From Eledone cirrhosa (taxonomy: Eukaryota): DNA of 64,000 bases. This document shows positions 13,578 through 25,842 of this stretch, in pieces; position 1 is the first letter of the stretch, and every line of letters starts with the position of its first letter. The notes beneath the pieces are model-generated. The model searched no databases. It saw only the letters and a list, made by a program, of their open reading frames with translations, and was not told the DNA's origin. The stretch covers positions 163,804,001 through 163,868,000 of the forward strand of contig OZ024740.1 in the NCBI GenBank assembly GCA_964016885.1, read 5' to 3'. Position numbers and translations under genes: made by a program.

Positions 13578-14050
13578 CAACAATGGAAGTCAGAGTCAAG
13601 GACTATTTAACCTACAAATGGGGTGTGGTTCTATTAGCATAACTAACACACTTAGCATCTTCTGCATTCAGTTGTATTGGTTTTGCCTTTCCCGACTCAC
13701 AGGGATCTGGGAAAGAGAAGTCCTTTGATAAAATGTAAGAACCACCAAAATTGACTTGCATTGGTTGGACTCATGGAAAAGCAGACAAAAAAAATGAATG
13801 GCATGAGTCTCTTGTTTCCAACAATGCAGAAGATGAAATGATAACCTTAACCAAGACAGATTGAAGCCATTTTAGGTGCTCCTTACATTTTATCAATGGA
13901 CTTATCTCACCCAGATCTCCATGAGTTGGGAAAGGCAAAACTAATACATGAGAGAAACAACTGAGAGCAGAAAATGCTAAGAGAGTCATCTATGCTACTA
14001 GAACCACACCCCATTTGTAGGTTAGATAGTCACTCTGACATCCACTATTA
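13578..14050. mobile_element. Diverged fold-back/MITE-like inverted repeat (~190-bp arms)
   Basis: aacctacaaatggggtgtggttcta..ttttgcctttccc..gataaaatgtaag is mirrored at 13845-14050. Confidence 0.8.
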
Positions 14051-14794
14051 TTTTATTTAATTGAAAACTTAACAGTCCATAAGAAAAACAAAAATTCAAA
14101 CTGATAGGTGATTTGCAGTCTTCAACAGTTTGAAATAAGATTAAAATTGCAGTAATAAAAAAAAATGTCTTCAGTAATAAAGTAATAGTCTAAGTCCGAA
14201 AATTAGGATGACAATCATGGGTGCAAATTTGTTTTGAAGTTATTAAAATGCTTCAAGATATTTCCCATTACAATAAGTGTTGATATTTATTTGCCACAAC
14301 GTATCTTTAAAATTGTTGAATATCATTATATAAGATACTAGCAGTGTATCCCGGCGTTGCACGGGTAAGAACATTGGTAATAGCACCTCCAATGAGAAAC
14401 GTTTATTTGTGAGTGCCTGTTAAAAACTCACGAACTGGACATGCTCACCGACATCCAGAGTTGACAGTACTCCTGTGGGAGCCCCTGCATGGACACACTG
14501 GAAGAGGAGGAAGACTGAAGTTAACATATGTTGATGCCCTAAGGATAGACAATGGTCTGTTGGAGACGCAGGACATGGCAGCGATAATGAGGGACAGAGA
14601 CCGCTGGAGAGAACTCGTCCATGGATCTCGGGAATTTTACCTGCCCTAGATAGATAGATAGATATATTTTTATGCGTATATTTATATATATGTATATGTG
14701 TATATATATATGTGGATATGTGTTTGTATATGTATGTATATCTATAAATACATATAAAAGTGAAATTGTCTCTATGTGTGTGTCCTCATTTTTG

Positions 14795-15300
14795 CACCGT
14801 CAAGGAAGCACCAGAGATGTCACAGCCTCAGCGCGTGTTTGCGCATCATCAGCCACGGCATGCCCAGCCCTCCACGCAACAGGTGTTGACAGCAGATGGA
14901 TCGTCTGATTATGAGAGCACATCCCTTCCATAAAAAGCAAAAGAGGAGGCATTCCATTTTTGGGCCGGGGCAAGGCACAACGGTTAGGCGGTAGCAGATG
15001 ATGGATGCGATGAACGCATTCGCCACCTCTGCCCGACCTTTCAGGGACAGCTTCCTCTCGGCCCATTTCTGGGTGAGAGAGGCCACCCTGTTCGTCACCT
15101 CGCTCCAGTTCTTCTCCATCTGGAGGTCCGGACTGAACCAGACTCCAAGCAATTTAACCGGTCCTTCCGTCCAGCGCCCCACGACGCTGTCGGGTGGCAT
15201 GGAGTTGCCTCTCCAGGTGCCGTTCCTGGTTTAACTTTGCTCCTGCCACTGCTCCATATTTCCTTGAGAGCGGTGCCGAACATCTGGACATTACCGGCGC
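14795..15300 (-). mobile_element. Tx1/L1-clade LINE ORF2 fragment
   Basis: VKLLGVWF..KNW..KWAERKLSLKGRAEVAN..FLWKG..GGLGMP, typical of the post-RT region of Tx1/L1 elements. Confidence 0.85.
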
Positions 15301-15594
15301 TTGACCGGGCCGCTCTGATTATGCGCCTGTAGACTGAGTAGTGTAAAACTGAGAGAGGGTGCTTGCCCTGGTGGTCTGGGTGGCCGTGGTCTTTTGTGTG
15401 GTTTTCGCCACGAGTGACCCTCGGAAGTTTGCCCCTATTGCGGAATTTTTGAATTTTTTGATATTTCTATCTTCTCGTTATAACCTTTTTTTACACAGCC
15501 AAAACCCACGCTGGAGAGAACTCGTCCATGGATCTTGGGAATTTTACCCGCCCTAGATAGATAGATATATTTTTATGTGTATATTTATATATAA

Positions 15595-15716
<122 letters not shown>

Positions 15717-15734
15717 TTAACATAGCTGAGTGAA

Positions 15735-15875
15735 GGTGCATGGCTTAGTGGTTAGAGCATTGGGCTTGCAATCGAAAGGTTGTGAGTTCAATTCTCGGAC
15801 CAGGTGATGTGTTGTTTCCTTGAGCAAGACACTTTATTTCACGTTGCTCCAGTTTACTCAGCTGTAGAAATGAAT
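15735..15875 (+). mobile_element. tRNA-derived SINE (family B, CORE-like) 5' part
   Basis: A box tggcttagtgg, B box gagttcaattc, then ccttgagcaagacactt. Confidence 0.8.
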
Positions 15876-16256
15876 ACCGGCCCGCCCGCCCAGCCAGTGG
15901 GATGGATCTTATGGCTAAAACAGCACGACGAGCTGTGACCAGCGGCGCCGATTGGCGCCCGACAGACTGGTCGGTCAAGGTGATATGTATATATGTGCGT
16001 GTGTGTGTCTGTCTGTGTGAATGTGGCGTCAGCAATGACGTGTTGGTCATAATGTCGTTATGCAGACAGCCAGGCATACAGACAGATATTATAAAGGTGC
16101 GATGGAGATGGATAACCGGCGCCTAAAACCCCTTTAGCAACAGAAAATTGAAAAATTAAAGCTGCAATTAATATCTTTAGACCGCAAGGAATATATAAAT
16201 GCAAGTTTGAAGTCAAAATAGTAGAAATGTGGATTTGTATAGACTTTGCAAAAATG

Positions 16257-18152
16257 AGGAGATAAAAAAATTGGAGATAGTTGTGTCCGGGATGATGGAG
16301 ATAAATGTGTCCGGGATGATGCCGGTGTACTTAGTGTCACGAATGACCAGAAAAAGGAGGCCTGGAAATGTCATTATGAGAGACTGATGAATGTGGAGAA
16401 CGAATGGGAGAGAGAGAAATTACCCTTGGTAGATCCGACAGAGGGACCAGCTATTGAGATTGACGAATATAGGGTCCAAGAGGCGATTAGGGAAATGAAA
16501 AATGGTAAGGCGGCCGGACCATCGGGAATAGTTGCTGAGATGCTGAAGGCATCAGGGGACGTAGGCACTAAACTGGTTGCACGCATCATCAATCAGGCTA
16601 TATATGGTGGTGTCATACCCAAAGACTGGTGCAGCAGTATTCTCATAAATTGCTACAAAGGTAAAGGGGATGCTTTGGAGAGGAGCAATTATAGGGGAAT
16701 AAAACTGATAGATCAGGTTATGAAAGTGGCAGAAAGGATTTTAGCACAACTAATTAGAGAAAGGGTCAAACTAGATGAGATGCAGTTTGGTTTTGTGCCT
16801 GGGAAGAGTACAACAGATGCCCTCTTCTTGGTGAGACAAATGCAAGAGAGGTTCTTAGAGAAGAATAAGCCACTATACTTAGCCTTTGTTGACCTAGAGA
16901 AGGCCTTTGATAGGGTACCCCGATCTGTCATCTGGTGGTCCCTAAGGAAGCTAGGTGTTGAGGAATGGCTTGTGAGGACAGTGCAAACTTTGTACAGAGG
17001 TACTCTCAGTAAAGTCAGGGTAGGAATGGAGTTTAGTGAGGAATTCCAGATACAAGTAGGAGTACATCAGGGTTCGGTCCTCAGCCCGCTCTTGTTCATT
17101 ATAGTCGTCCAAGCCATAACAGAGGAGTTTAAGACTGGCTGTCCATGGGAACTTCTCTATGCTGACGATCTGGCTCTTATAGCAGAATCAGTAGAGGAGC
17201 TAGAGAATAAATTCCGGCTATGGAAACAGCAGTTGGAAGCAAGAGGACTGAGAGTAAATCTAGCTAAGACAAAAGTGTTGATGAGTAGAAAAGAGGACAA
17301 AACCCTGATTCCGTCAGGGAAATGGCCATGTTCGATATGCAGAAAAGGAACTGGCATAAATTCTATAAAATGCACACAATGCAGGTCCTGGGTACACAAG
17401 AGATGTAGCGGGATAGCAGGCAAACTAACAGGTAGGGAGAAATATGTATGCAGTAGATGTACAGGGAAATTAGACAGTAGAAGTCGCACTGATAGACACA
17501 TTTTTCAAATGCGAGAGGGCGCTATAGAAGTGGTGGATAGCTTCCGGTACCTAGGAGATCAGATTAGCATGGGAGGAGGGTGTTCCGAGGCCATAGTATC
17601 TAGAATAAGGACGGGTTGGAAGAAGTTTAGGGAGCTGCTTCCTCTGTTGACGAAGAAGGGTTTCTCCCTGCATACGAAAGGCCGGTTGTATGATGCCTGT
17701 GTGAGGAGCGCGATGCTGCATGGTAGTGAGACATGGGCAGCAACCGCAGAGGATATGCGACGGCTGGAGAGAAATGAGGCAAGCATGCTCCGTTGGATGT
17801 GCAGTGTAAATGTGCGTGAACGACCCAGCATAAATGTGTTGAGAGAGAAACTGTGTCTGAGAGGGATAGAATGTAGTGTACGGGAGAGGAGACTGAGGTG
17901 GTATGGACATGTGATGCGCATGGAAGATGACCGATGGGTGAAGAAGTGCCAGGAAATGCCAGTTGAAGGAAGACGTGGTAGAGGTAGACCACGAAAAACA
18001 TGGGCGGAGGTGGTGAGAACAGACCTCAGATCATTGAAGCTCACGGTGGAGATGACGAGGGACCGTGACGAGTGGAGAGATGCTGTGTTGAATAAGACCC
18101 GTCCCACCCTTGCAAGCAGGGAAAAGCGGACGTAAAATGATGATGATGATGA
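16257..18152 (+). mobile_element. Young 5'-truncated RTE-clade LINE with uninterrupted RT ORF (16387-18135, 582 aa)
   Basis: RT motifs KAAGPSG, YRGIKL, QFGF, FVDLEKAFD, GVHQGSVLSPLLF, LYADD, FRYLG; RTE C-terminus RRLRWYGHV..GRPRKTW; (TGA)n tail; no endonuclease part. Confidence 0.97.
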
Positions 18153-20949
18153 GGACACACAGACAACTACAGTTTTATATATATAGATTGTCAGCCAAAT
18201 AATGACATATCTATGTCACAGTTGGTTAAATAATGAGAACAAAGGGTGGTACTTGTCAATGCGTGAACATAAAGAAAAATAGTTGGAAAAGGAAAGGCTA
18301 GCTTTGTTATGTAACATTTATATTATGTTGTTATTTGAAAATAAGTTATTTGAAAATAAGAAGGTATTTAGTCAAAGATTTTAGACTGTCACCTAAGTTT
18401 ATGTTATGGATTAAATACAGGCTAGAAAAATCAAAAGTAAAAAATCATAATTAAAGTTTTATACATGCATCTAAGAAAATAAATATTCTATGTTCTTGAA
18501 GGTTTTAAAGATAAGATATATAGAACTGTATGCTTTATTAACAATGTTAAAATTATGATTGCCAACAACAATAACTCAAGTTCCTTGTAACCTTTACAAG
18601 GACAATGAAACCAAGAGGAGAACAAATGGTGGCATGTAGAAAAGAGATTTAGAACCAAAAACAATAGCTATATCAATGTCATTTAAAAATGGTTCAATCA
18701 TGCTGCTCTGTGGATCTCCAGGTTACAGGGAACCAGTTAGAAAAATGTATATCCTAGCTAAATGCATTGCTTGCAGCAGGAGAGATATATTTTTTTTAAA
18801 GTCCCAGAAATAGTAAATGTTTATTTGGAGCCTCTCAACTAAGACAATGTCAATGACAATCTTTTAAGAGATATAGAAAAATAGTGAGTAGAACAGTTTG
18901 GAGAAGACAGATGCCTGAAATTAAAGGGTTGTAGGTTCCAATCACATTTTGTAATATAATGCTTCTTTCTGACTCCATGTTGAAATGCATGTCACATGCA
19001 GCATTACACTTTCATGTAAAACAATTTCAGCTAACGACAAAGTACATGTTAGCAAAATAGGGTGGCAATTTTTAATGTCTGCATGGGAACACTTTTTAAA
19101 AACTGATGGCAACAGAATAATTCCAGACATCAGATATTATTCCTCTGTCCAGAATTTTTTTTTTAATAGACAGCTTAAATGCTTACTAAATGTATAACTT
19201 AGATGCATAAAAATGCAGGTGGAATATTATCAAATCCACAAAGATATTACATATTAATAGAATATCATTCAGTCATGCAATATTGTTTTAATAAAGGTTG
19301 TTAGAAATGTTAGGATTGCAGGTATTGAATATAGAAACAAAGAGCTGGTTAAAAACATTTTTTTCTTTTTTGGTATCTATATAGCTGAGATATGGTCTTT
19401 AAAATAGAATTTCCTATAATGAAGTTCTTTTTTGCAATATTTTCTTTCTTTTATTTATTTTGCTTTCCTTAGCGCCAACTGAATTAATTTTAAACCTTTC
19501 TTAAAGATATATAACGTTATTGGTATATTTAGAATTCTAAGTGATGTGTGACTAGAATATAAATAAATAAAAACAAACTCATTAACTGATATAAACCCAA
19601 GTAGTTCCAAACCATGCAAATAACCCCCCCCCCCCATTATATATATATATATATAAAATATAAAAAAAAATAATGAATAAAACAATGAAACAGTTCCTTA
19701 TATTAAACAAAAAAAGTTCATTATTTAACGATCGTTTCTAGGATATACACTTGGCTACTCTAGATTGTTTCCTTCAGCCATTCAGTTGATATTCACAATC
19801 GGCATCATGACATTCATTCTCAGTAGAATGGTTTACTGAGGGGGTTTAATAAGGCAGAAACATATTCACTGCTTCCACTAATTGGTTTTAAAAATCAGAA
19901 CCACTCAAAAGTACATTGTCCAAATTTTTCGATCAACTGTTGTTACTGGAACATCCCTGTTTATTGTTTTTAGATTTCAAACCCCTGAAGAAGGTTTTGG
20001 CTTCTAATTGCTTGAACAGTCTTAGTTAACTGGCTTTTTTTTTTTTTAATTCACTATATGTACATGTGTGAGACCCTATCGGTATTTAATACATTTAAAA
20101 TACAAACATTTCTCTGCGACTTTTTTCCACGTCCATATTATTGGATAACGCGTTTGTATTAAAAGTACATGCGACCTCAATTCCGAAATTTATCGATCCA
20201 AATGCTTAGTTGTAGAAATTATGTCGCTCTAAGATAACGAATAAATAAAGTGCGAACTGAAGACTTACAAAAGTGATAAACTGAATATTACAAAAATATA
20301 AATGAATTTCCATGTCAAATAGTGAAACTTGCATTAAACATGAAAAACACGTGCAATGTTTTAATTACGGAAGCAAAACAGCTTTCTGACTACATGAAAT
20401 AAAGATATCTACTGTGTTGTTATAACTTTAAAATATTTACTTAATTAAAAACGATTTAGGAAGGAAAGTAAAAGTGTTTTTTCTATGCTATTACCGGTAC
20501 ACAGAGATGTTTTTACTGCTGGCATATTTTAAAAAACACTATTAATCGCGGTAATTTTCAGAAGGCGACACCAATTCATGTTATAGTGTGTAATTAAGTG
20601 TGCATATATTCTCTTTTCTTTCTGACTTGTTTCTTTTGTATATTATTAACATTATATAATTAAATACACACCATTCGTTTCTTTAAATAATACTTAGAAA
20701 CATCGATAGAGAATACAGCATGTTTACAGTTAACCGGCAATAGTTTCGATTAAAAATGAATATTGTATTTTTATTATTGTATTATATATAACAATTAATA
20801 AGATTTAAAATGTAATTAAATACAACACAGATTACCGGCATATGCCGAAGAAATGGAACGACATGTATAAAACAAGAGAAGAAAGTTTACGATTAAATAA
20901 AAGTTAAAAAGAGTATTAGTACGGTGTCGATACAAATAAAATAACATAC

Positions 20950-21053
20950 CATGCATCGCGTAGTTTTTTTGTTTCAGGACAAGCACAACATGGTTTTAGC
21001 TTTTTTTCTGTTTCGGACTCTGGCACTTCTTCTACGGGTTTTTCATCAGCCAT
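20950..21053 (-). CDS. COX17: COX17 coding exon 1 ([35 protein letters not shown]), cytochrome c oxidase copper chaperone
   Basis: Manual translation gives the diagnostic [14 protein letters not shown] copper-binding motif. ATG at 21053-21051, donor TG|GTATGT at 20949. Confidence 0.96.
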
Positions 21054-21250
21054 AGTTGAAAAAATGTGGTACTAAATTGAATGTCTGATGGTTATGTGTG
21101 TGTAGGAGCGTGTCTAGTAGCCTACTACAACAGTGCTAGTCGCTGGTTGAACGGACGTCCTTCAGGATTCACCTTGTGTTAAAATAAACGTCTGCTAGGT
21201 GACGCTACAGTCTGTGTTGGGTAAATTGTTGCTGCGGTGCAAAAATATCT
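21054..21250 (-). promoter_or_regulatory. Probable COX17 5'UTR/promoter region
   Basis: Immediately upstream of the ATG. Locally more GC/CpG-rich and repeat-free than the flanks. TSS not determinable from sequence. Confidence 0.45.
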
Positions 21251-23579
21251 AGTTCAATCTTTGAATTCAAAATTCCTGGAAATATCTTATCATTATATAA
21301 AACTGATATATAAAATTTGCTTTCTATATTCATGTACATACGTAGTTTTATCTCTATTCTTTTGCTTTGCTTCACTTATAGCAGAAAGCTTTCATAGAAA
21401 TTTACAGACTCTGTTTAAACAAGTTGTTGCTGCTCGCTGTTTAATTAAATGTTATTGAATGGCATAGTAAAAGCATCACGATATCGATTAATTGTATTTA
21501 AACTGATAGTTTTATTTTACAGATTTCATATATAAAAAAATTACTATGTTTATAAATTTCAGATTCAGATTTTATTGAAAAAATATCGAAACATTACACA
21601 TATAATTACATGATGTTCGTGACATAATTGGATGGGTAGACGCATAGGGAACATCATTAATATAACTGAAATGAAAATAGGGAGCCTTATTTTTAGGATA
21701 ATATCCACCTAACTAGAATACTTCTCAAGTAATCTTATGTTCAATTTCAAGAAAAATCAGGTCAAATTTCGTAAAAAAAAAAAAAAAAAATATATATATA
21801 TTGGCCTACATCGTGGTACCTTGTTATTTTCTCCATCAATGTATAGGAAAAATAAAGCTCTCGACGATCCCTTAGTTTTAGTTTTTGTCAATCTTTGGTA
21901 TTAATTTGTTAGGCGGTTGACGAAACACTGCGATAAATAAGGATTGCATTTTTTATGTAAAGGATTGTGTGTATGATTGTTTAATACTTATATTTCAAAC
22001 AATTCTCTTTCAAATAACACCCTACCGACTAAAAATGGGTCACACAAGGTAATGGTAGTTCTAGATGCTCTAAAAAAATAAAACAGAATGGTCTCGGTTG
22101 GAATGCTATTTATTATTGGTCTACCAAATCAAAGCTGACTTTGGGCTCAATTTCCTTCAAAGTGAAACATTTCTGTAAATCTTTTTGCTCCTATTTTTGC
22201 AAATTAAAAACATTCCTTTACAACAAAATACAGCAACCTAGCCTACCAAAAACGAAATTATTCTAGCTGCAGGTTGACAGATAAGAAAGTGAAGTGCAAA
22301 ATGCAAGGATCGTCATACTGTCAAAGAAGCTTTCTGCTCGAAATATTAGATATTTCCTCTTGTTACAGTAACTTTATATATCCTGTTATGTTTATTTGTT
22401 TGTTTTTTTTATTATTGTACTGAATAAATTCTTGCTGACACAAACCACCTTCCATATCTTCAAATACTAGTTGTTGTTTTGTTTGTGTGGTATTTTTATT
22501 TCATGATTAGGAAGGAAGGACAGTGCCATGACTCTTTTCATGGCTGGTCGGTGGGAGGATTGAAGGTATCGTCAAACCATAGACTTGGCCCAAGGCTGAA
22601 TTAAGACCTCCAGAGGCCCTAAGCGTTGAAAAAATTATGTGGGCTCCTTTTTTATGGACCATGATTCAGCTGCAACAGTGCACCATGGTCCTTTGTAAAT
22701 GTGGCACCAGAAAACACTCTATGGGACCCCTCTTTACTTAAGGCCCTAAGTACATGTTATTTTGTTTGATGGTTAATCTAAGAATGGCCGGACCTGAATG
22801 CTAGAAACAGAGTTAACTCCACTAATGGTACCATAGTGCCTGGGGTATATGCTAAACTGGACCAACCGATTATGACTACCATCAAAGCTCATTTACCTTC
22901 TCTTTAAACACTTAGCCAATGTAAAGCTGTATCATCTCACAGACTTTATATGGCAAGGTCAATGATCTTTGCTTCTTTGAACATGGCAATTGTTTACCAC
23001 ATTACTTCAACACACTGAAACATGTTTCCTCAGGATGTGTTTCAAGAGATGATACTAAACATGTACTAAACCCAATCCTTCTTTCTCAATATCTTCCTTG
23101 TCTCAATGTCTCCAATGAGTTATCGTTAATCAGAACATATATTTTTTCAAACAATTAGCCTCATCTCTAAAGATGAAACATTTTAAAATATTTGTATCTA
23201 CACTAGATCTGAATCAATGTGATCCCTGATTATCATCATATATCTTATTCTAAAACCATTCAAAAGTTGTATTTTCTCTTGTGCAGATACATCATCATCT
23301 AAAATTGAAAATGGATACACTTTCAAAGATAAAATTATTCCATGTGCTGTAAAAAAATATTCTTTCTTCCCAATTGCAAGTTTGGAAGGTAGATAAATAT
23401 GGTTTAAAAATTTAACTGAAAGATTATAGTTGTTGTCTACCTCTAAATACAGCTAAATTCCTTATTGGGAGCAGTTACATCCCCTGAGTTTGGTAGCGCA
23501 AAATAAATTTTAAAATAAATATGTTCTGCTATACAATCCTCTTCTATCTTCTACATTAATATAACTTCAGTCATACATT

Positions 23580-24023
23580 AAAGCGCTGACATCTGACAAC
23601 TGACTTGGTAGACACCCACAAGATTATTAACCATCTTTCCAACAACAACACTGAGCACCTTTTTGAATTCCATGTCTAACACCTGTAGACATGTTTACAA
23701 AATTAGAAAATAGTACAGCTCCCATGACTTTCGGAAACATTTTTTCGCACTCAGAGTTGCTGAAGCTTGGAACAAACTACATGCATAAGTTGTTAGATGT
23801 TTGGACACTGCATCCTTCAAAACTTCTATGCTTCCTGAAATTCGCCAACACTACACCTGATATTCCCCCTCCATACAAATGCAAGCATGGGTGTACGTGT
23901 GTAATTCATACACTGTTCACTTTCCTGACATTTGTACATTATTCTATGTACTATACATGAACCTTTGATGAGTTTTAGTGCACCTGAGCACTGTACACAA
24001 TAATTTTCATTATTATTATTATT
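23580..24023 (+). mobile_element. CR1-clade LINE 3' fragment
   Basis: Same family as 29386-29812 and 49782-50372, with tail gcacctgagcactgtacacaataattttc(att)n. Confidence 0.85.
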
Positions 24024-24471
24024 AATATATATATATATATATTGATCCTTTACCACAAACAATTCCTCACATTTTAGAAAATCCTGCTACTTGCCATTAA
24101 ATACTGACAGCTTTTTGGGGATATCACCTCTAGCCCAGACCTTTCCAACTGCTTCTTCTAAGCTCATGCTTCTTGGACTTCCTATCTTTAATCTATTCTC
24201 TTCAACATTATAGTTCACAGTTGCTAACAGAGATAAATTCACTAAATACAAAGCAACTTGACTATGAGCACTGTACACAATAATTTCATTATTATTATTA
24301 TTATTATATATCATCCTAAACATTATCGTAAAAACATAAACTTCTGAACTGGATATCTTCACTAAATTCTTCAATATCCCATTATTTTCAAGAACTCTGA
24401 TGTATGAAAATATACAATTGAGAGCTCCACTCTAACAAAAGGCTAGAGGAAGAAAAACAAGAATAAAAAAG

Positions 24472-24660
24472 AATTGTTTCTACTTTTGGTACAAGGCCAG
24501 CAATTACCCAGTGCATTACTGGTACTTTATTTTATCGACCCCGTAAGGATGAAAGGCAAAGTTAACCTCGGCGGGATTTGAACTCAGATCATACAGAGAG
24601 GTAACTCTATGCTTCAAAGTATGGTGTTCAACCCTCTACCGATACTGCCAATCCACCGCC
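24472..24660 (-). mobile_element. Full-length tRNA-derived SINE (family A) with TSD
   Basis: Flanked by direct repeat aacaagaataaaaaa. Core gcctttcatccttacggggtcgataaaataaagtaccag recalls the Meta-SINE-type central domain (from memory, unverified). Confidence 0.9.
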
Positions 24661-25481
24661 AACAAGAATAAAAAATAATGTAACCTAGGATATATTTATT
24701 AGTCCCAATAGATTTCAAATCTTTGATTCTTGTTTTTCTTCCTTTAGCACCAGCTGTTCTATTGATAGTTCTTTTGTAAATAAATGTCCCCAGGTCTGAG
24801 AAGTTGATGTTCTCTCTAAATTTTGTTTTTTTCCAAGGTATGATTAACTCTGATTCTTGTTTTTCTTCATCTTCTCTGCTCAACCTCACCTGATTTTGTT
24901 ACCTTAATATTTACAATCCCACTTGCAGAATTCAAGACATAACCACTTTTCATATCAACCAATGCTTCAATCAAACTACAACACTCTCATTCCTTATATT
25001 CTGAAACAAAAGAAACATCAGCAATAAAAATACAAAAAAACAACAAAGATTACCAGGTAACTTCATCTTACCATCCATTTTGCATTGTTTAGCCTTATAA
25101 CATTTTCCACATTATATATTATATACAATGCTTCAAGCAAACTACAACATTTTATTACTCTCTCATATATATATATGACTCTCTATCCCTTTCCTCTACT
25201 ACAATCTTTTTACATCACCTTCTTCTTCTCACCCGTCTATTTTTCACTCCCACCCTAGTACCTTCAATATGCCCAATCTCAAATCTTTCCTCTGCCAGCT
25301 CCATTCCACTCTCAAACGCTTCCTCCAGCCTCTTCCCCCTATTTTCTATTTTATTTCTCATTCTTTCTTCTGATGAAGGACTAGTGTCTGAAACGACCCT
25401 CTTCCTGGTATTTCAAGTGTTAACCTAATATATTCCTTCCATATACTGTACCGATTGTGTTGTTATTTCTATTTACCTTTT

Positions 25482-25520
<39 letters not shown>

Positions 25521-25842
25521 CAAAATTTAGAACAGCATAATCAAAGCTCTGGCTTCAGCTAAGCTAACGAATGCAATTGGGGTGTGCAGCTAACCACTCA
25601 ATAAGGTATAGTACCTTAGAGTTATAACATTACGTTTGGACAGCTTTGCAAATTGAAGACAGAGACCGATAGGCGAGCTGCAGTGACCAAAGCGACGAAA
25701 AAAACTGAACTCAGGAAAATATGACAAACCTGGATCGTCGCGTTGATATCACATATAACATATAATATATAATATATAATATATATAACATAAAATATAT
25801 AATATCTCCACTAGGTTTCTGATATATATATATATATATATA

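Noticed and set aside
15735-15810. Possible tRNA genes (also 33320-33400 and 34700-34775)
   Set aside because: A/B boxes run into SINE bodies; no complete cloverleaf.
17157-18158. Antisense ORFs over the RTE (also 6072-6631 and 26566-28778)
   Set aside because: Shadow frames of LINE coding sequence with no independent motifs.
19725-19780. Further hammerhead candidates (also 42370-42400 and 30894-30905)
   Set aside because: Only half of the core is present or key nucleotides and stem I are missing.
24614-24889. 91-aa minus-strand ORF as a host exon
   Set aside because: Runs into a SINE, has no recognisable domain or convincing splice pair, and the surroundings look like a decayed element.
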